DNA from: the human T2T-CHM13v2.0 reference genome, Homo sapiens
DNA: 64,000 nt
Assembly (NCBI RefSeq): GCF_009914755.1
Contig: NC_060929.1
Reading direction: 5' to 3' (one strand)
Part shown: positions 18,436-35,010 of the stretch, piece after piece
How positions within the stretch are numbered: the first letter of the stretch is position 1
Layout: every line of letters begins with the position of its first letter
Program-made: the position numbers and the translations under genes
Notes under the pieces: model-generated
The model's input: the letters and a program-made list of their open reading frames with translations, nothing else
The model's database searches: none
Told to the model about the DNA's origin: nothing

Positions 18436-19246
18436 TCATGTGGTCCTATGGTATTTCATCAACTTTTAAGGTCTGCACCTTATAACTGAGGGCATGGGAT
18501 AAGGAGAGCTGTCTAGTTCAATATAATACTTCTAGGAATAGGCTTGAAACTGATGAATCTATTGGCTTGATAGCGATAAGCCACTTATGAATGATGATAA
18601 CCTCGTGATATCACTTATAAATAAGCCCTATTTTTTATAGAAAACAAGAAAGCAGTAATACCTGACAGTTTGCAAATATAACATTTGGTATTTTCAAATT
18701 AAACAAAATTGTGTGGAACAACTGTGAAAGACTTTGAAATGGGAAAAAATATTACTTGTGTCCTTTCAAAGTAATGGTGAGCTGTCATTTATGGTACCCT
18801 TGGGAGAGTACTATTTGATCATATAGACACTTTTGCCTTTCACTGCATTTGAGCTATTTTACAACTCTTTTAGTAAAAAACTGAGTAGTATAAATAATTC
18901 TTGTTCATAGAGATGCAAATGAATTTTGTCTGGTGCAGAAGCACTGATTATTAATCTGTGGATACTGACCAGTTTTTCCCATATTCACAAATCATTTCAG
19001 TATTCTTCAGATTTTCCTTTGAACCAGTTTTTTTATATTTTACCTCATTAATGAATGAATGAAATAAAATCAGTGACATGTGTTCATCTATATGAGTTAT
19101 TATTTTATACCTTAAAAAGTACTTCTCTAATAACTTCAAATAAATTATACTATAAAAAAGTTTGTTCAAAAAATTATCACATATGTTCTGTTCACAACAT
19201 CCAATACTAAACTCAATTTATGTTGTTTAACTTAAGGCATCCATTA

Positions 19247-19363
<117 letters not shown>

Positions 19364-19599
19364 CTAAAAAAAAAAGTAAACTATGTGAAAAGAATTTAAA
19401 TAAAAAATACTTGAGAAAACAAAAGGTTTCCTATGAATTAACAAGGTTATTATAACAATTGGCAGTCTGGGTGCACATAAGATATATAGTCAATCCACTG
19501 ACATAAGCAATGCCTTTCAATTCCTAAATGCCATTTAATTTAGAAATTTATTGAATACCTACTATGTGCTGGGCTAGTGGTCACAAAGACTGTTTAATA

Positions 19600-19830
19600 A
19601 TAGGAAAACTAAAGTAGTCAAATTCATAGACAGAAAGCAGAATAGTTGTTACCAGGGGCAGGGAAAAGAAGAATGGGTAGTTATTATTTAATGGACACAG
19701 AGTTTCAGCTGGGGAAGATAAAAAAGCTCTGAAGATGGATGATGGTGACGGTTGAACAATAGTGTGAATGTACTTAATACCACAGAACTGTACACTTAAC
19801 AGTGGTCAAAATGGTAATTTTATGTATTCT
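19600..19830 (+). mobile_element. L1MB-type 3' end fragment
   Basis: aagtagtcaaattcatagacagaaagcagaatagttgttaccaggggc...gaatgtacttaataccacagaactgtacactt. Confidence 0.8.
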
Positions 19831-20197
19831 CACCCATTCTTAACACATCACAATTACAGCATTTACCATTCACAATAGTTTGTGTTTTGTTATTACTACT
19901 GGACTTGGATCTTTCTGGAAGCAGCTTGTATCTTTTAAATTTTTGTAACCACCTCGACAGTTCATGGCACGAAGTTTCCAATTTTGCTAGTCTGTTAAGT
20001 CAGCATCCCATGGAAGATAACTGATGGGGATGATACTCTTCAGAGCATAAATTTTATATCTTACCTTCTCTAATACAAATGCAATATAACAATATAGACA
20101 AAGAAATTAAAACATTTGAACTTCCAAGTAACTAAAACCAGGTATTTTGGATCTCTGATTATTTTCTACTGTTACTTTTTAAAAGTACGGTGAATTA

Positions 20198-20495
<298 letters not shown>

Positions 20496-21281
20496 TACAG
20501 TGAATTAATATGCTTGTGTGGAAAAACCAAGGCATCTGTATTATATCCTTTGACAATATATCATATCTATCATGGTTTGACTGATTTCAATCCTGCTCCT
20601 CTGTACTATTATGGTTCTAGGTAAGTATTTATATTGAACAGCTTTTCTTCATTTGAATGGTGAAAACAAACCTGTAGGTTTAGTAAACATCAATTTTTTT
20701 TTAATACTTAGAGATCAACAGTGAAAACAAAGGAACAAAAAGCTACATTGTATTTAATTTTAATTCTACTCAATAAACAAGTGGTAAAATAATATCTAAT
20801 TATTTTTAGTATCAAACCTATGGTTACAATGAAAAATTATTTAAAGTTACAAACATTTCAAGATTAATATTAGGAAACAAAATTATATACAATGTGTTAT
20901 AGAAAATATATCCATTGACATTTTATAGCCTCTGTGGTCTAATTCCTGAAAATCTATTACATTTCTATATAGCTATTGGTTTACCCATGATATTATTCTA
21001 ATTGGAAAATATTCTTTTTAGCTATAAGAATACTAAGCTTCTATGGTTTAATTAATAAATAAAAGTTTTATGTTTATTTTTATGTAAATGATATTAGCAC
21101 TAGTTTAAAACATTTTCCAGTTAGTATCACTTCATTTACCTTAACTTTAATATTCTAGGATCTCGGAGCTCCTGGAATGGTGGCACCCAATCAAAAAAAA
21201 CGTGCAATTTGCAATAAAATGGAAGCAAATTTACAAAGAAAAGAGGAGACTCTGAACACACATTAATTTTAAAAAATAGTT

Positions 21282-21597
<316 letters not shown>

Positions 21598-22054
21598 TTA
21601 TAATCAACACAAAGAAAGAAACAAGCTGTCATTAACCTAGATTGGGTTTTAAAACCAAACTGTTAATTCATTAACCTTAAATTCATTTAAAGTTGCAAAA
21701 GAACTGATGGTACCTAAACTTAAAGAACAAAGCACATTCCAAAAATCTTCCCTTGTGTCCTATTATCTCTTCAAGGTAGATTGGCTTTACATTTGTATGA
21801 TAATTACATTTTGTTTCTTATCAAATAATCCCCCATCTTTATTATCTTTATCCATAAATGTTTCTAAATCCTACTTTACACTAAGTGACAGAAATTCAAT
21901 GTTTTAGCCATCTAGGATCTTATAGTAATCTCTGGATTTTCCGCTTCTCAGATTAATGGTCTTTTTGTCAAAAAACATCCCTACCCCTACTTCCACCTCC
22001 AGCCTACAGTACATAAAATTCAGGTTATCTGGGATTTTGAAAACCTCTAAATAG

Positions 22055-22387
<333 letters not shown>

Positions 22388-23644
22388 AAAATATCCTGGA
22401 ATTCTTTAAACCTCCTGCCCTGGACCAGTGTGGTGGCTTGTGCCTCTAGTCCCAGCTACTTGAGAGACTGAGGCAGAAGAATCACTTGAGGCGAGGAGTT
22501 TATGGCTGCAGTAAGCTCTAAACGCACCCCTATACTGAAGCCTAGGTGACAGAGCAAGAAGACCCTGTCTCTTAAACAAGCAAGTAAATCAAAAATAGCC
22601 TGCCGTCCTCTATATTACCTTGAAACAGTTAAGAGCCCATGGTCACCATAAAGTTTGGTTCCTGGCAGTGTTAAGTGCTGAAAAGCTATCAGAAACTAGA
22701 TAAGTTCATCCAAATATAAGAAAAAATGAAAAAAAAAAAAAAAGCAAGGGTAAAAAGAATAGTAGAGATTAGAAGTGGTAGTAACAATGGCAAGGAACAG
22801 CAACAAAGAGGGACAATTCTCTGAAGGTACAACAGTAACAATCTCAAAGGAGGAGGAAACTTGTCCCCACCCCCAACATCAATAATCAGATGATGGATCT
22901 GGTCAAAATGGAAAAAAAAAAGAAAGAGGATGACGAGAGGAGGAAAGGAATCTGTAACCAAAGTAACAGTTCATGAAAAAAGAAATGGACATTTTCAGGC
23001 AGACACTAGGAATTTATCCATATGAAAACAAGTAGCCTCTTAAATTTCAAACTTCTAACACCTACCAGTTGCCAAAGTAAAATGGTCACACTTTTTAATA
23101 ATGCTTGCTTATAAAACATTCTATCTATAAAAAGTACTTCAATATGTTCTCAACTCTTAATTGGCTAACAAATTACACATAATTTTAAGACAAGGTGGAA
23201 TCAAAGCTCTTCTCCGAGACTTACATGAATCCACATCTCAAAGCAATGTCTTAGTGATGAAGGAATATAAACATTCTGGAGCCAGGAAAATGATTAATGA
23301 AAAGGTAATCAAAAGCATGTACTTCATGGTATGCAAATTATGCCTCAAGAAAACTGATTTTTAAAAAAGACAAAACTAATCTATGACAAACAAGAGCAGG
23401 CCAGAGTACAATGGGGGCACTGAATACAAAGAGGTAGAAGAAAATGTGGGAAGTGTAGACTACATCTGTCAAAACTGAAACTGTACAATTAAAATGGGTA
23501 CTTTTTAAGAATGTAAATGTAAATTGTACCCCAATAAAGTTGATAAAGAAAAAAATGTAAGCTTGTTTCAACATAACAGAATCACAGCAAAATGGAATTC
23601 TAATTACAGCAATCAGTTCACAAAAAAAAAAAGAGTTCTTGATT

Positions 23645-23935
23645 AGGTGCAGTGGCTCACACCTGTAATCCCAGCACTCTGGAGGCCAAGGCAGGAGAAC
23701 TGCTTAATCCCAGGAGTTCAAGACCAGCCTGAGCAATAAAGCGAGACACCATCTCTACAAAAAAAGTTTTTAAAAGTTAGTGGGGCATTGTGGTGTGCTC
23801 CTGTAGTCTCAGTTACTTGGAAGGCCGAGGCAGGAGGATCCCTTGCATCCAGAAGTTCGAGATAGCACTGAGCTAGGATTGTGCCACTGTACTCCAGTCT
23901 GGGTGACACAGACAGACTATCTCAAACAAACAAAA
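23645..23935 (+). mobile_element. Alu (AluJ-like)
   Basis: Diverged dimer. Confidence 0.9.
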
Positions 23936-24942
23936 GACTTACTGTTTTTCAATTTTAATTTTAGGTTCAGGCAATACATGTGGAGGTTTATTACATGGGT
24001 AAATTGCATGCTGCTGGAGTTTGGTATAAAATAATTTCATCACCTAGGACGTGAGCTTAGTGCCTGACAGGTATTTTTTTGTCCCTAGCCCTCCTCCCAT
24101 CCTCCACCCTCAAGTAGGGCCCAGTGTCTATTGTTTCCCTCTTTGTGTCCATATGTACTGAATGTTTACCTCCCACTTTTAAGTAAGAACATGTGGTATT
24201 TGGTTTTCTGTTCCTGTGTTAATTCACTTAGGATAATGGCCTCTAACTGCATCCATTTCATGAAGAAGGGAATTAGCACCCATTCCAGACTTACTACACT
24301 GAAGAGGTGGTCCAGCAGGCAGAGGGAGCTCAGGAAACACTTTGGATGAACAATGCTTCTGTGGCCCTGCTATGTGAGCTCTGTCATGGCAGGAACTGTT
24401 GGCATCACCCACCTGATCCCTTCTCTGTGTTATGGGGTTGGAAATGAACTAATTAGAGCTAATGTTGGACATAAATTATTAGATAAGCTCCATGATTTGG
24501 CCCATGTGTTCTCATTATTTCGCTCTCACTTATAAATGAAAACATGCAGTATTTGTTTTTCTGATCCTGCATTAGTTTACTAAGGATAATGGCCACCAGT
24601 TCCATCCATGTGGCTGCAAAGGACATGATCTCACTCCTTTTTATGGCTGTGTAGTATTCCATGGGGTATATATGCCACATTTTATTTATCCAGTCTACTG
24701 TTGATGGGCATTTAGGTTCATTCCATGTTTTTGCTATTGTGAAAAATGTTGTGATGAACATACACATGCATGTGGTCTTTATGGAGGAATGATTTATATT
24801 CCTATGGGTATATACACAGTAATGAGATTGCTGGTCAAATGGTAGTTCTGTTTTAAGTTGTTTGAGAAATCACCAAACTACATTCCACAGTGGCTGAACT
24901 AATTTACGTTCCCACCAGCAGTGTATAAACATTCCCCCCCCC

Positions 24943-25237
24943 TTTTTTTTTTTTGAGATGAAGACTTGCTCTGTCACCCAGGCTGCAATGCAGTGGCGCG
25001 ATCTCAACTCACTGCAAGCTCCACCTCCAGGGTTCATGCCATTCTCTCGCCTCAGCCTCCTGAATAGCTGGGACTACAGGCGCTAGCCACCACACCCGGC
25101 TAATTTTGTTTTTGTATTTTTAGTAGAGACAGGGTTTTGCCATGTTAGCCAGGATGGTCTCGATCTCTGACGTCGTAATCCGCCTGCCTTGGCCTCCCAA
25201 AGTACTGGGATTACAGGCATGAGCCACCACGCCCGGC
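24943..25237 (-). mobile_element. Alu inserted in L1
   Basis: Dimer; flanking cattccc repeats. Confidence 0.93.
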
Positions 25238-26419
25238 CAAGCATTCCCTTTTCTCTGCAACCTCACCAACATCTGTTATTTTCTGAATTTGTTGTAACAG
25301 ACATTCTGATTGGTGAGATGGTTCTGATTTACATTTATCTAACAAACAGTGATGTTGAACACTTTTTCACATGCTTGATGGCAGCATGGATGTCTTTTGA
25401 GAAGTGTCTGTTCATGTCCTTTGCCCATCGTTTAATGGGGTTGTTTAGGTTTTGCTTGATTTAAGTTCCTTATATTCTGGATATCAGACCTTTGTGGTAT
25501 GCATAGTTGGCAAATACTTTCTCTCTTTCTGTATGTTGTCTGTTTACTCTGTTGATAGTTTCTCTTGCTTTGCAAAAGCTCTATAATTAGGTTTCACTTG
25601 TCAATTTTTGTTTTTGTTGCAATTGCTTTTGGAGACTTCTTCATGAAATCTTCACCAAGGCCTATGCCTAGACCAGTATGTCCTAGATTTCCTACTTGGG
25701 TTTTTATAGTTTTAGAACTTACATTTATGTCTTTAATCCATCTTGAGTTAATTTTTGTACAAGGTGAGAGGAAGGCATCCAGTTTCAATCTTCTGCATAT
25801 GGCTAGCCTGGTATACTAGCACCATGTATTAAATAGGGAGCCTTTTCCCTATTGCTTATTTTTGTCAACTTTTTCGAAGAACAGATGGTTGTGGTTGTGA
25901 GGCTTTATTTCTGGGTTATCTAACCTATTCCACTGGTCATGTGTCTGTTTTTGTACCAGTACTATGCTGTTTTGTTACTGTAGCATTGTAATACAGTTTA
26001 AAATTAGGTAGTGTGATACCTCCAGCTTTGTTCTTTTTGCTGAGGATTGTTCTATTTGGGACCTTTATTGGTACCATATGAATTTTAAAATAGTTTTTTC
26101 TAATTCTGTGAAAAAAGACATTAGTAGTTTGATAGAAATGGCAATGAATCTGTAAACTGCTTTGGGCATTACAGCAGTTTTAACAATATTGATTCTTCCT
26201 ATCCATAAGCACGGAATGTTTTTCCATTTGTTTGTGTCATCTCCAATTTCCTTCAGCAGTGTTTTATAATTCTCATTGTAGAGATCTTTAACACTTACCT
26301 GGTTAGCTGTATTCCTAGGTATTTAATTCCTTTTGTGGTTACTGTGAATGGGACTGCATTCCTGATCTGACTCTCAGCTTGGATGTTATTGGTGTATAGA
26401 AATGGTACTGATTTTGTTT

Positions 26420-26706
26420 TATCGAGATAGGGTCTCGTGCTGTCACCCAGGCTGGAGTGCAGTGGTGTGATCATGGCTCACTGAAGCCTCAACCTCCTAG
26501 GCTCCAGTGGTCCTCCTGCCTCAGCCTCCAAAGTAGCTGGGACTACAAGTGCATGCCACTACACCCAGGTAATTTTTTGATTTGTTGTAGAGATGGGGTC
26601 TCACTCTTTTTGCCCAGTCTAGTCTCCAACTCCTGGTCTCAAGTGATCCTTCTGCTTCAGCTTCCCAAGGGGCTGGGATTACAGGCATGAGCCATGGTGC
26701 TTGGCT
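26420..26706 (-). mobile_element. Alu (AluJ-like) inserted in L1
   Basis: TSD tggtactgatttt. Confidence 0.92.
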
Positions 26707-28863
26707 TGTGGTACTGATTTTTGTACATTGATATTATACCCTGAATTTGTTTATTGGTTCTAGGAGCCTTTGGGCAGAGACTATGGGGTTTTCTAGGAAT
26801 AGAATAATATTTATTATCTGTGAAGATAGTCTGACTTCCTCTTTTCCAATCCAGATGCCTTTTATTTCCTTCTCTTGACTTATCGTTCTGGCTAAGAGCT
26901 TCCAGCATTATGTTCAATAGGAGTGGTGAGAGTGGACATCCTTGTCTTTTCCTGGTTATCACAGGGGGTACTTCCAGCTTTTGCCTGTTCAGTATTACAT
27001 CGGCTGTGAGTTTGTCAAAGATGGCTTATATTGTTTTGAGGTATGTTCCTTCAATGCCTAGTTTGTTGAGGTTTTTTTTTTTTTTTTTTTATCATGAAGG
27101 GATGTTTAATCTAAGGCCTTTCCTGTTATCCACTGAGATGATCATGTGTTTTTCATTTCTAGTTCTGTTTATCTGATGAATCACATTTATTGATTTGCAT
27201 ATGGTGAAACAACCTTACATTCCAGGAATAAAGCCTACTTGATTGTGGTGGTGTTTTGACGTGCTGCTGTATTCAATTTGCTAATATTTTGCTGAGGATT
27301 TTTGCATCTCAGTTTATCAGGGATATTGGCTTGAAGTTTTTTGTTGTGTCTCTGCCAGGTTTTGGTATAAGAATGATGCTGGCCTCAGAATGAGTTAGGG
27401 AGGAATATGTACTCCTTAATTTTTTCCGGAATAATTTCAGTAGCATTGGTACCAATTCTTCTTTATACATCTGGTAGAATAGAGCTATGAATCCATGTGG
27501 TCCACGGCTTTTTCTGATTGGTAGGTTTTTTTTTTTTTAATTACTGATTCCATTTCTGAACTTGTTATTGGTCTGTTCAGGATTTCATTTACTTCCTGGT
27601 CAAACCTTGGAAGGTTTTATGTTTCCAGGAATTCACCTATTTCTAGGTTTTGTAGTTTTTGTGCACAGAGGTTTTTAATCTCTGAGGGTTTTTTGTATTT
27701 CTGTGGGATGAGTGGTAATGTCACCTTTGTCATTTCTAAGTGTGTTTATTTGGATCTTCTTTTTTTCATTAGTAGTCTAGCTAGAAGTCTATCAATCTTA
27801 TTTTTCCAAAGAACCAAGTTTTCATTTTGTTGATTTTCTGCACAGATTACATGTCTCAGTTTCATTCAGATCAGCTCTCATTTTATTTGATTTATCCTGC
27901 TGGCTTTGGGGTTGGTCTTGTTTTTCTAGTTCATCATGGTGATGTTAGGTTGTAAATTTGTGATCATTCTAAGTTCTTGATGTAGGCATATTTTTTGGAG
28001 GTTTTGTTCATTATTTAAAATTCTATCTCTTTTATTTCTGTCTGTCTGCACTGATTCAAAGGAGTGGTCTTCAAGCTATGAGATTCTTTCTTCAGCTTGG
28101 TCTTTTCTGCTATTAATACTTCCACTGTGTTCTGAAATTCCTGTGGTGAATTTTTCATTTCCAGAAGTTCTGTTTGGTTCTTTCCTAAAATGGCTATGTC
28201 ATCTTTCAACCCTTGGACTGTTTAACTGTGTTCCTTGGACTGCATTTCAACCTTCTCTTGTTTGTCAAGGAGCTGCCTTGCCATCCAGATTCTGAATTCT
28301 GTAGCTATCATTTTAGCCATTTCAGTCTGCTTCAGAGCCATTGCTGGGGAGCTAGGTGGTAATTTGGAGGTTAGCAGACACTGACTTTTAGAGTTGCTAG
28401 ACTTCTTGTGCTAATTCTTTCTCAACTCTGTGGGCTGGTGTTCCTTTAATCTTTGAAGCTGCTGTCTTTTGGATAGGGCTTTCTTTTTTTATATTGTTTG
28501 AGGCTCTTAAGGAATTGACTGTGGTGTAAGTTGGGTTTAGTTGATTGGTTTCGTTTCTGGACACTTTAAGGGGGCCAAGGCTTAGTTCAGCACTCCTTAG
28601 CGATGTGTTCTAATCCTGGGGGGCTGAGACCAGGATTACTGTCTGGCCCCTAGAGGTTAAGCACCTGCTGTACTGGAGGGATAAGGCATTCCCAGTCTGC
28701 TGGTAAAAACACTCTGATGGGGACTGCTGGCAAAAGCACTCTGGTAGGGTGGTGGTGGCTCCCTCACCCTGCACATATGCACAGGTGGGGCAGTGGGGGT
28801 CCTTGCTCATGTGCACACCAGCAGGGTACCTGCAGGTGTCCTCATATATTTGTGTACCTATAG

Positions 28864-29217
<354 letters not shown>

Positions 29218-29659
29218 ACCTGTGTGGAAAATTCTTATGAAAGAATGAGGTGTATTAAAATCCTAGAGCAAAGGTATCATGTTAGGTCCTTTACCTAAAA
29301 TGGCTCTAGTTTCTTCTTTTCTGAGACACAATGCTAGCTTTGTAAGTGTAGTACTCTATTTCTTATACTGGTTTTGGTAAAGGTTTCCTTTTCCTTCCCT
29401 TTCCCTTTCCTTTCTTTCTTTTGCTAGATTTAAATATGGGAGACTGCAATTAAAAATAAGAATCTCTCTGTAACAGATGAAAATATAAGGTATTTCAGAA
29501 GTTACTTAGATACCTATGTGTGATTCATTTCTAAGCAAAATTGGAATGTCTTTTGAAATATAATAATACCCCCTACAACTTATAATCCATATTTTATAAT
29601 ATTAAACACATTTTGGACATTTATTTGAAAATATTCAAAACTCAACAGTTTGAATATAT

Positions 29660-29970
29660 ATGTTTTTTCTTTTGAGACAGGGTATCGCTCTGTTACCCAG
29701 GCTGGAGTGCAGTGGCAGTCATGGCTTGCAGGAGCCTCGATCTCACAGGCTCAGACAATCCTCCCATCTCAGCCTCCCAAGTATGCTGCATGCTGGGACT
29801 AATGGCATGCAGCAAAGATGCCCCACTAATTTATTTTTATTTTTTACTTTTTTAAAGACGGGGTCTTATTACGTTGTCTAGGCTGGTCTCAAACTGTTGG
29901 GGTCAAGCGATTCTCCTACCTTGGCCTCTCAAAGTCCTGGGATTACAGGCAGGAGCCACTGTAACTGGCC
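29660..29970 (-). mobile_element. Alu (AluJ-like)
   Basis: Diverged dimer. Confidence 0.88.
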
Positions 29971-30280
29971 CAGTATGAAGTTTAAATCCAAATGAATCCA
30001 CCCTATTCATGTCCAGTATTAATGAGTCTTAAACAGAGCAAGTCAAAACTACTGATTTTTTAAAATGATCTTAAAACAAAATATAAACATTAAACACTTT
30101 ACTAACGGTGTCTTCACTATATGTCTTGTGCCCTTATGTATTTCTTCAAGTTCCACTATTTCAAAACAAGTAACATCATCTTACAACAAAGACATGATAA
30201 AACAAGACTCCATTTCAGCAAAATCGATGCAACACATTTTAAGTGATGGGTAACAGATAAATGTGGAGGCTACGAGTTTA

Positions 30281-30737
<457 letters not shown>

Positions 30738-33700
30738 TCATTATGCCAGTAACTACAATAACTACAAATATAAAAATTTTGAGTTTTTAACAAATACAAA
30801 TATACACACAAATACACCTTCATTGTTTAAAAATTAGTCATTCTGGTAATGTCTACAATTGTGCTAATGATGCTGTCATTGTGTGAAATTTCCTGAATGT
30901 TCCTATCATAACCATATTGAGAGCAATTTATTACACAAAATAGAGCTATTTCAAATCATTTTGGTGATTTTAGAATAAAAATTAAAGAAAAGACTCATTA
31001 TATTAAAGGAAGAGCTTAAATTCTTAAATTGATTTTATTTATATGACATGGCTCTCAATTAGTTTTTAATTTCTCTCAAAAATCGTATCTATCATCAAAG
31101 ATATCAGTACCTTTAAAAAGTACTATAGGGACCAAAAGTAGTTCTAAAAGAAAAGTTATCAAACTGTTCTAAAAAACTGATAAAAATTTGTTAACACATC
31201 TCTTTGGCTTCTCAAGATATCCACTTTGAAAACCCACAGTTTTTATTTGCATTTATAATGTCTGCTTTTTGAGGGTGAAGCAGGGTTAAGGAAGTAAGGA
31301 TGAAAATGAGAAGAAATTACTCAGTGGTCATAACTGATACAGTGTTAAATGTTCTTAAAATTTGTAACATGCTTTCAAAATCCCAGTGGCACCAGTTTTG
31401 GGGACAGTACTTTAAAGGCATACTGGCTTTTTCTTAATTCCACTTACTCTTCCACAAGAAAAAAGAAGGTGAACTCATTTACAACCTCTAATCACCAATC
31501 CATTATTTTGAAAACATAAATTCTACCAAAATTAATAATCTGGAATTCAAATATAGTTACTATAGGAGTATTTTTCCATTTCAACATATTTGCTTTAAGA
31601 TCCCTCATACAAATTTTTTGCAAAAAAACTGCTTCCCAAATTTGTTAGTATTTGTAAGCAGTATTCCTAAGCATGTTCTACATAAATAAAAAATAACATC
31701 TTGGGTCAATGAAGCACTTACTGAAACACCTCCTACCCAGATCAAGGTTTACTACTTCTGAATACTACAGTAATGAGACCATACCTTTGTTATATTAGGA
31801 CATATCTTTTTTTTTTTCTTTTAAGAGCAATACCAGCCTGAACATGTTTTTAAATTAACAATCTTTTGGCCACTAGAGGAGGTCAGTAATATTTTTCGAT
31901 GTGAAAGCTGATACGAAGGTTACTACTGGTCAAAAAAAAATAGTAACCTTTAGACTAAATCCAATATATATATACCTTTATGCTTTAGACTTTGATGCTT
32001 TGAGAACATTTAAAAGCATTTCAAATTAAATAATATAGTTCAAAGTTATCGATTAAATAAAATACCAGAAATGTCTAAAAACTGAATTGAACAAAAAAAA
32101 AAAGCCAAAAAACCTCTCTTAAAGTTGCAGCTAAATTTGGTAGCTTGGTTTAATTATGTGGAAGATAAACTCGTACATTATCATTCTGAACAGTTTGTTC
32201 ATCAGTCTATCTACCCTCCAAAGAAAGTGGTATAAAACATAGTAAAAAGGTTGGCTTTAAAAAAAAAATAGCACTTGCCTTTTGAAAACCTTCTTCTTTT
32301 TCCTAATAACACTCTGTAGCAAGAAGCACAGCAAAGAAATTGAGAGAGAAATTAAGTAACTTCCTCATGGTGTCAAAAATTACCTAGCTGTTAATGTCAC
32401 AGTTCCTCACTCCCACTCCCTCCACCTAAACTACATTGTCTCTCTCCATTTTAATTATGGAAAATGAGAAAATACAAGATTAAATGTTAACATAAGCACA
32501 ATAAAGGATTTTTCTGAAAATAAAATTCTGAAACCCGTAATAAAATCAAACAAGCTGACTGTGTTGTGAGCATCCATACATTTAACTTCAATATTACTAT
32601 TTTAAAACAAACCACATGAGGAGCCAGATACAATACCTAAGACAGCAATTTAATCAATAAAATTGTAATTTAAAATACGCAATGGGAACAATTTTAGCTT
32701 GTCCAGGTCAATATAAATATATTATCTGAGGTAAAATTTAGCATGACAATTTCATGCTCATTAATATTAAAATTTATTTAGGCTTTCAAATACTTATGGG
32801 TCCCCCACTAGAGAAGTTATAGTCTGTAGCAAAAACCCCACAAGAACATGAGTGAGAAAATGTGCTTTTGAATCACTGTAACAGACAATTAGACACATTA
32901 CTTATTGCCTTCCCTGGGCTTCATTTTATCTGTAAAACGATATGGTTAGTCCAGAAGTGTAATTCTCTATACTAAACCTAAATACCAAGACTCAGACTGA
33001 AAATGTACATATACAGTAGAAACCAAATAAGACAGTCCCTTGCTGAACCAGATGGAGAGATATGAAAGAAAACTAACTTTATAAGAAAAGGCTCAACTGA
33101 CAATAATTTCCAGGAACTGAACCAATCATGAATCAAATAAATTTTAAAACATTTATTTTCTAATAGTATTAAACAGGATTTTTATCATATTTCAATGGTC
33201 TAAAACCTAGGTACAGTACAATTAACTTCACTGAATACCCTATTTGCTTACCCTCAAGATACTTTTCTCAAATCACGCTGAAAATCAGAACATTTGCAAA
33301 AATTTGCCCACAAACCACCACGGGAGAGCTTTTTCAAATCCTAGTCATTCCTGTATCATAATTTAAAAACTAATATCAAATATAGCAACTCATTTGAAGG
33401 TCATTTATGGGAGCTGGTTATTCATTTGGCATTTTCTTCTACTAAACTAGAACATGCGATAAACTTTCCTTTACAGAAATATCTGAATAGGCAAAATGCT
33501 AAAGTGACATGAAGCTGGAAAAATTAACCAGGGCCTATCATACACCCTAGTTCCTGTGTCTTAAGCAATGACTTACCTAACTCAGGGCTAAAAAGCTGAG
33601 TGTTACAAGTATACTAGAGAGGAAGAAGAGAGTAAGACATTGCTTATGACCATCCAAAGTAAAAAAAAATGCCCAAATATAACATGGTACCATAGAAGTA

Positions 33701-33970
33701 GAGGGCCATAACAGCTGCCCCCATTCTCTGCTTGGTTTCAACCTTCTTTTCTTACACTTGTAATTCAGGGCTTTTGATTACATAATATCATATACCTGTA
33801 TCTATGGCTCCCTGTTTCTCTTAGGATCAAGTCCATGCATTGCTAATAAGGTCTTGGTAGAGGTAGAAATACAATTACACTCAACTATCAGCCTCTATAT
33901 TCATTTAGTATCCAATATTTAAAATGTGTCACAACAGTATTGGTATAAAAGTGTTTTGTTCTAGTATGTA

Positions 33971-34285
33971 CAGTCATGCACTGCATAATGTTTTTGTCAA
34001 TGACAGACCACATATATGATGGTGGTTCCATAGGATTATAATACCATATTTTTATTGTACCTTTTCTATGTTTTGACATACAAATAATTACTATTGTGTC
34101 ACAACTGCCTACAATATTCAGTACAATAGCATGTTATACAGGTTTGTAACCTAGAAGCAATATGCTCTATCATATAGCCTAAGTGTGTAATAGACTATAC
34201 CATCTATACATAAGTTCACTCTATGATGTTTGCACAACAAAATCGACAAACTATGCATTTCTCAGAATGCATCTCTATTGTTAAG
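33971..34285 (+). mobile_element. Tigger3a (MER7A)-like MITE
   Basis: ta|cagtcatgcactgcataatg...gacagaccacatatatgatggtggttccataggattataataccat. Confidence 0.85.
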
Positions 34286-34329
34286 AACGTGGGTATTTGT
34301 TATAAGGATACACTACATGTTTTGAAACA

Positions 34330-35010
34330 GTGAAACTATCTTAACCATTAAGAGTACAGTTCAGTAGTGGTAAGTATATCCACTTTATTATACAATTAAT
34401 CTCCAAAACTTTTTCAGCTTACAAAACTGAAACTCTATACCCATTAAACAGCAACATCCCATTTTTCCCTCCCCCTATCCCTGGCAATCACCATTCTACT
34501 TTCTGTCTCTATGAATTTGACTACTCTATGCACCCAATATGAGTGGAATCATACAGTATTTATCTTTTGGTGACTGGCTTCACTTAGCATAGTGTCCTCA
34601 CGCTTCAGTAGCATGTGGCAGAATTTCCTTCTTTTTAAAGGTTGAGTGATATTCCATTGAATGGATATACCACATTTTGCTTATATATTTGTCCATCTAT
34701 GTACACATAGGTTGCTTCCATGTTTTTGTGATTGTGAATCATACCAGGAACACGGGTATACAACTCTCTTCAAGATCCCTCTTTCATTTCTTTTGGGTAA
34801 ATACCCAGAAGTGGTAGATCATATGTTAATTCCATTTTTCATTTTTTGAGGAATTGCCATACTATTTTTCACACTGGCTGTACTATTTTACATTCCTATC
34901 AACAGGGCACAAGGGTTCCAATTTCTTCACATCTTTGCCAACACTTGTTATTTATTTGATAATAGCCACCCTAATGGGTTTAAGGTGGTATCTCATTATA
35001 CTATTAATTT
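34330..35010 (-). mobile_element. L1MB-type 3' end
   Basis: acaaaactgaaactctatacccattaaac, tttctgtctctatgaatttgactact, cttgccaacacttgttatt. Confidence 0.85.

Noticed and set aside
31867-31888. CTCF-like motif tggccactagaggaggtcag
   Set aside because: 5' half fits but the key GGC positions mismatch; not supportable without ChIP data.
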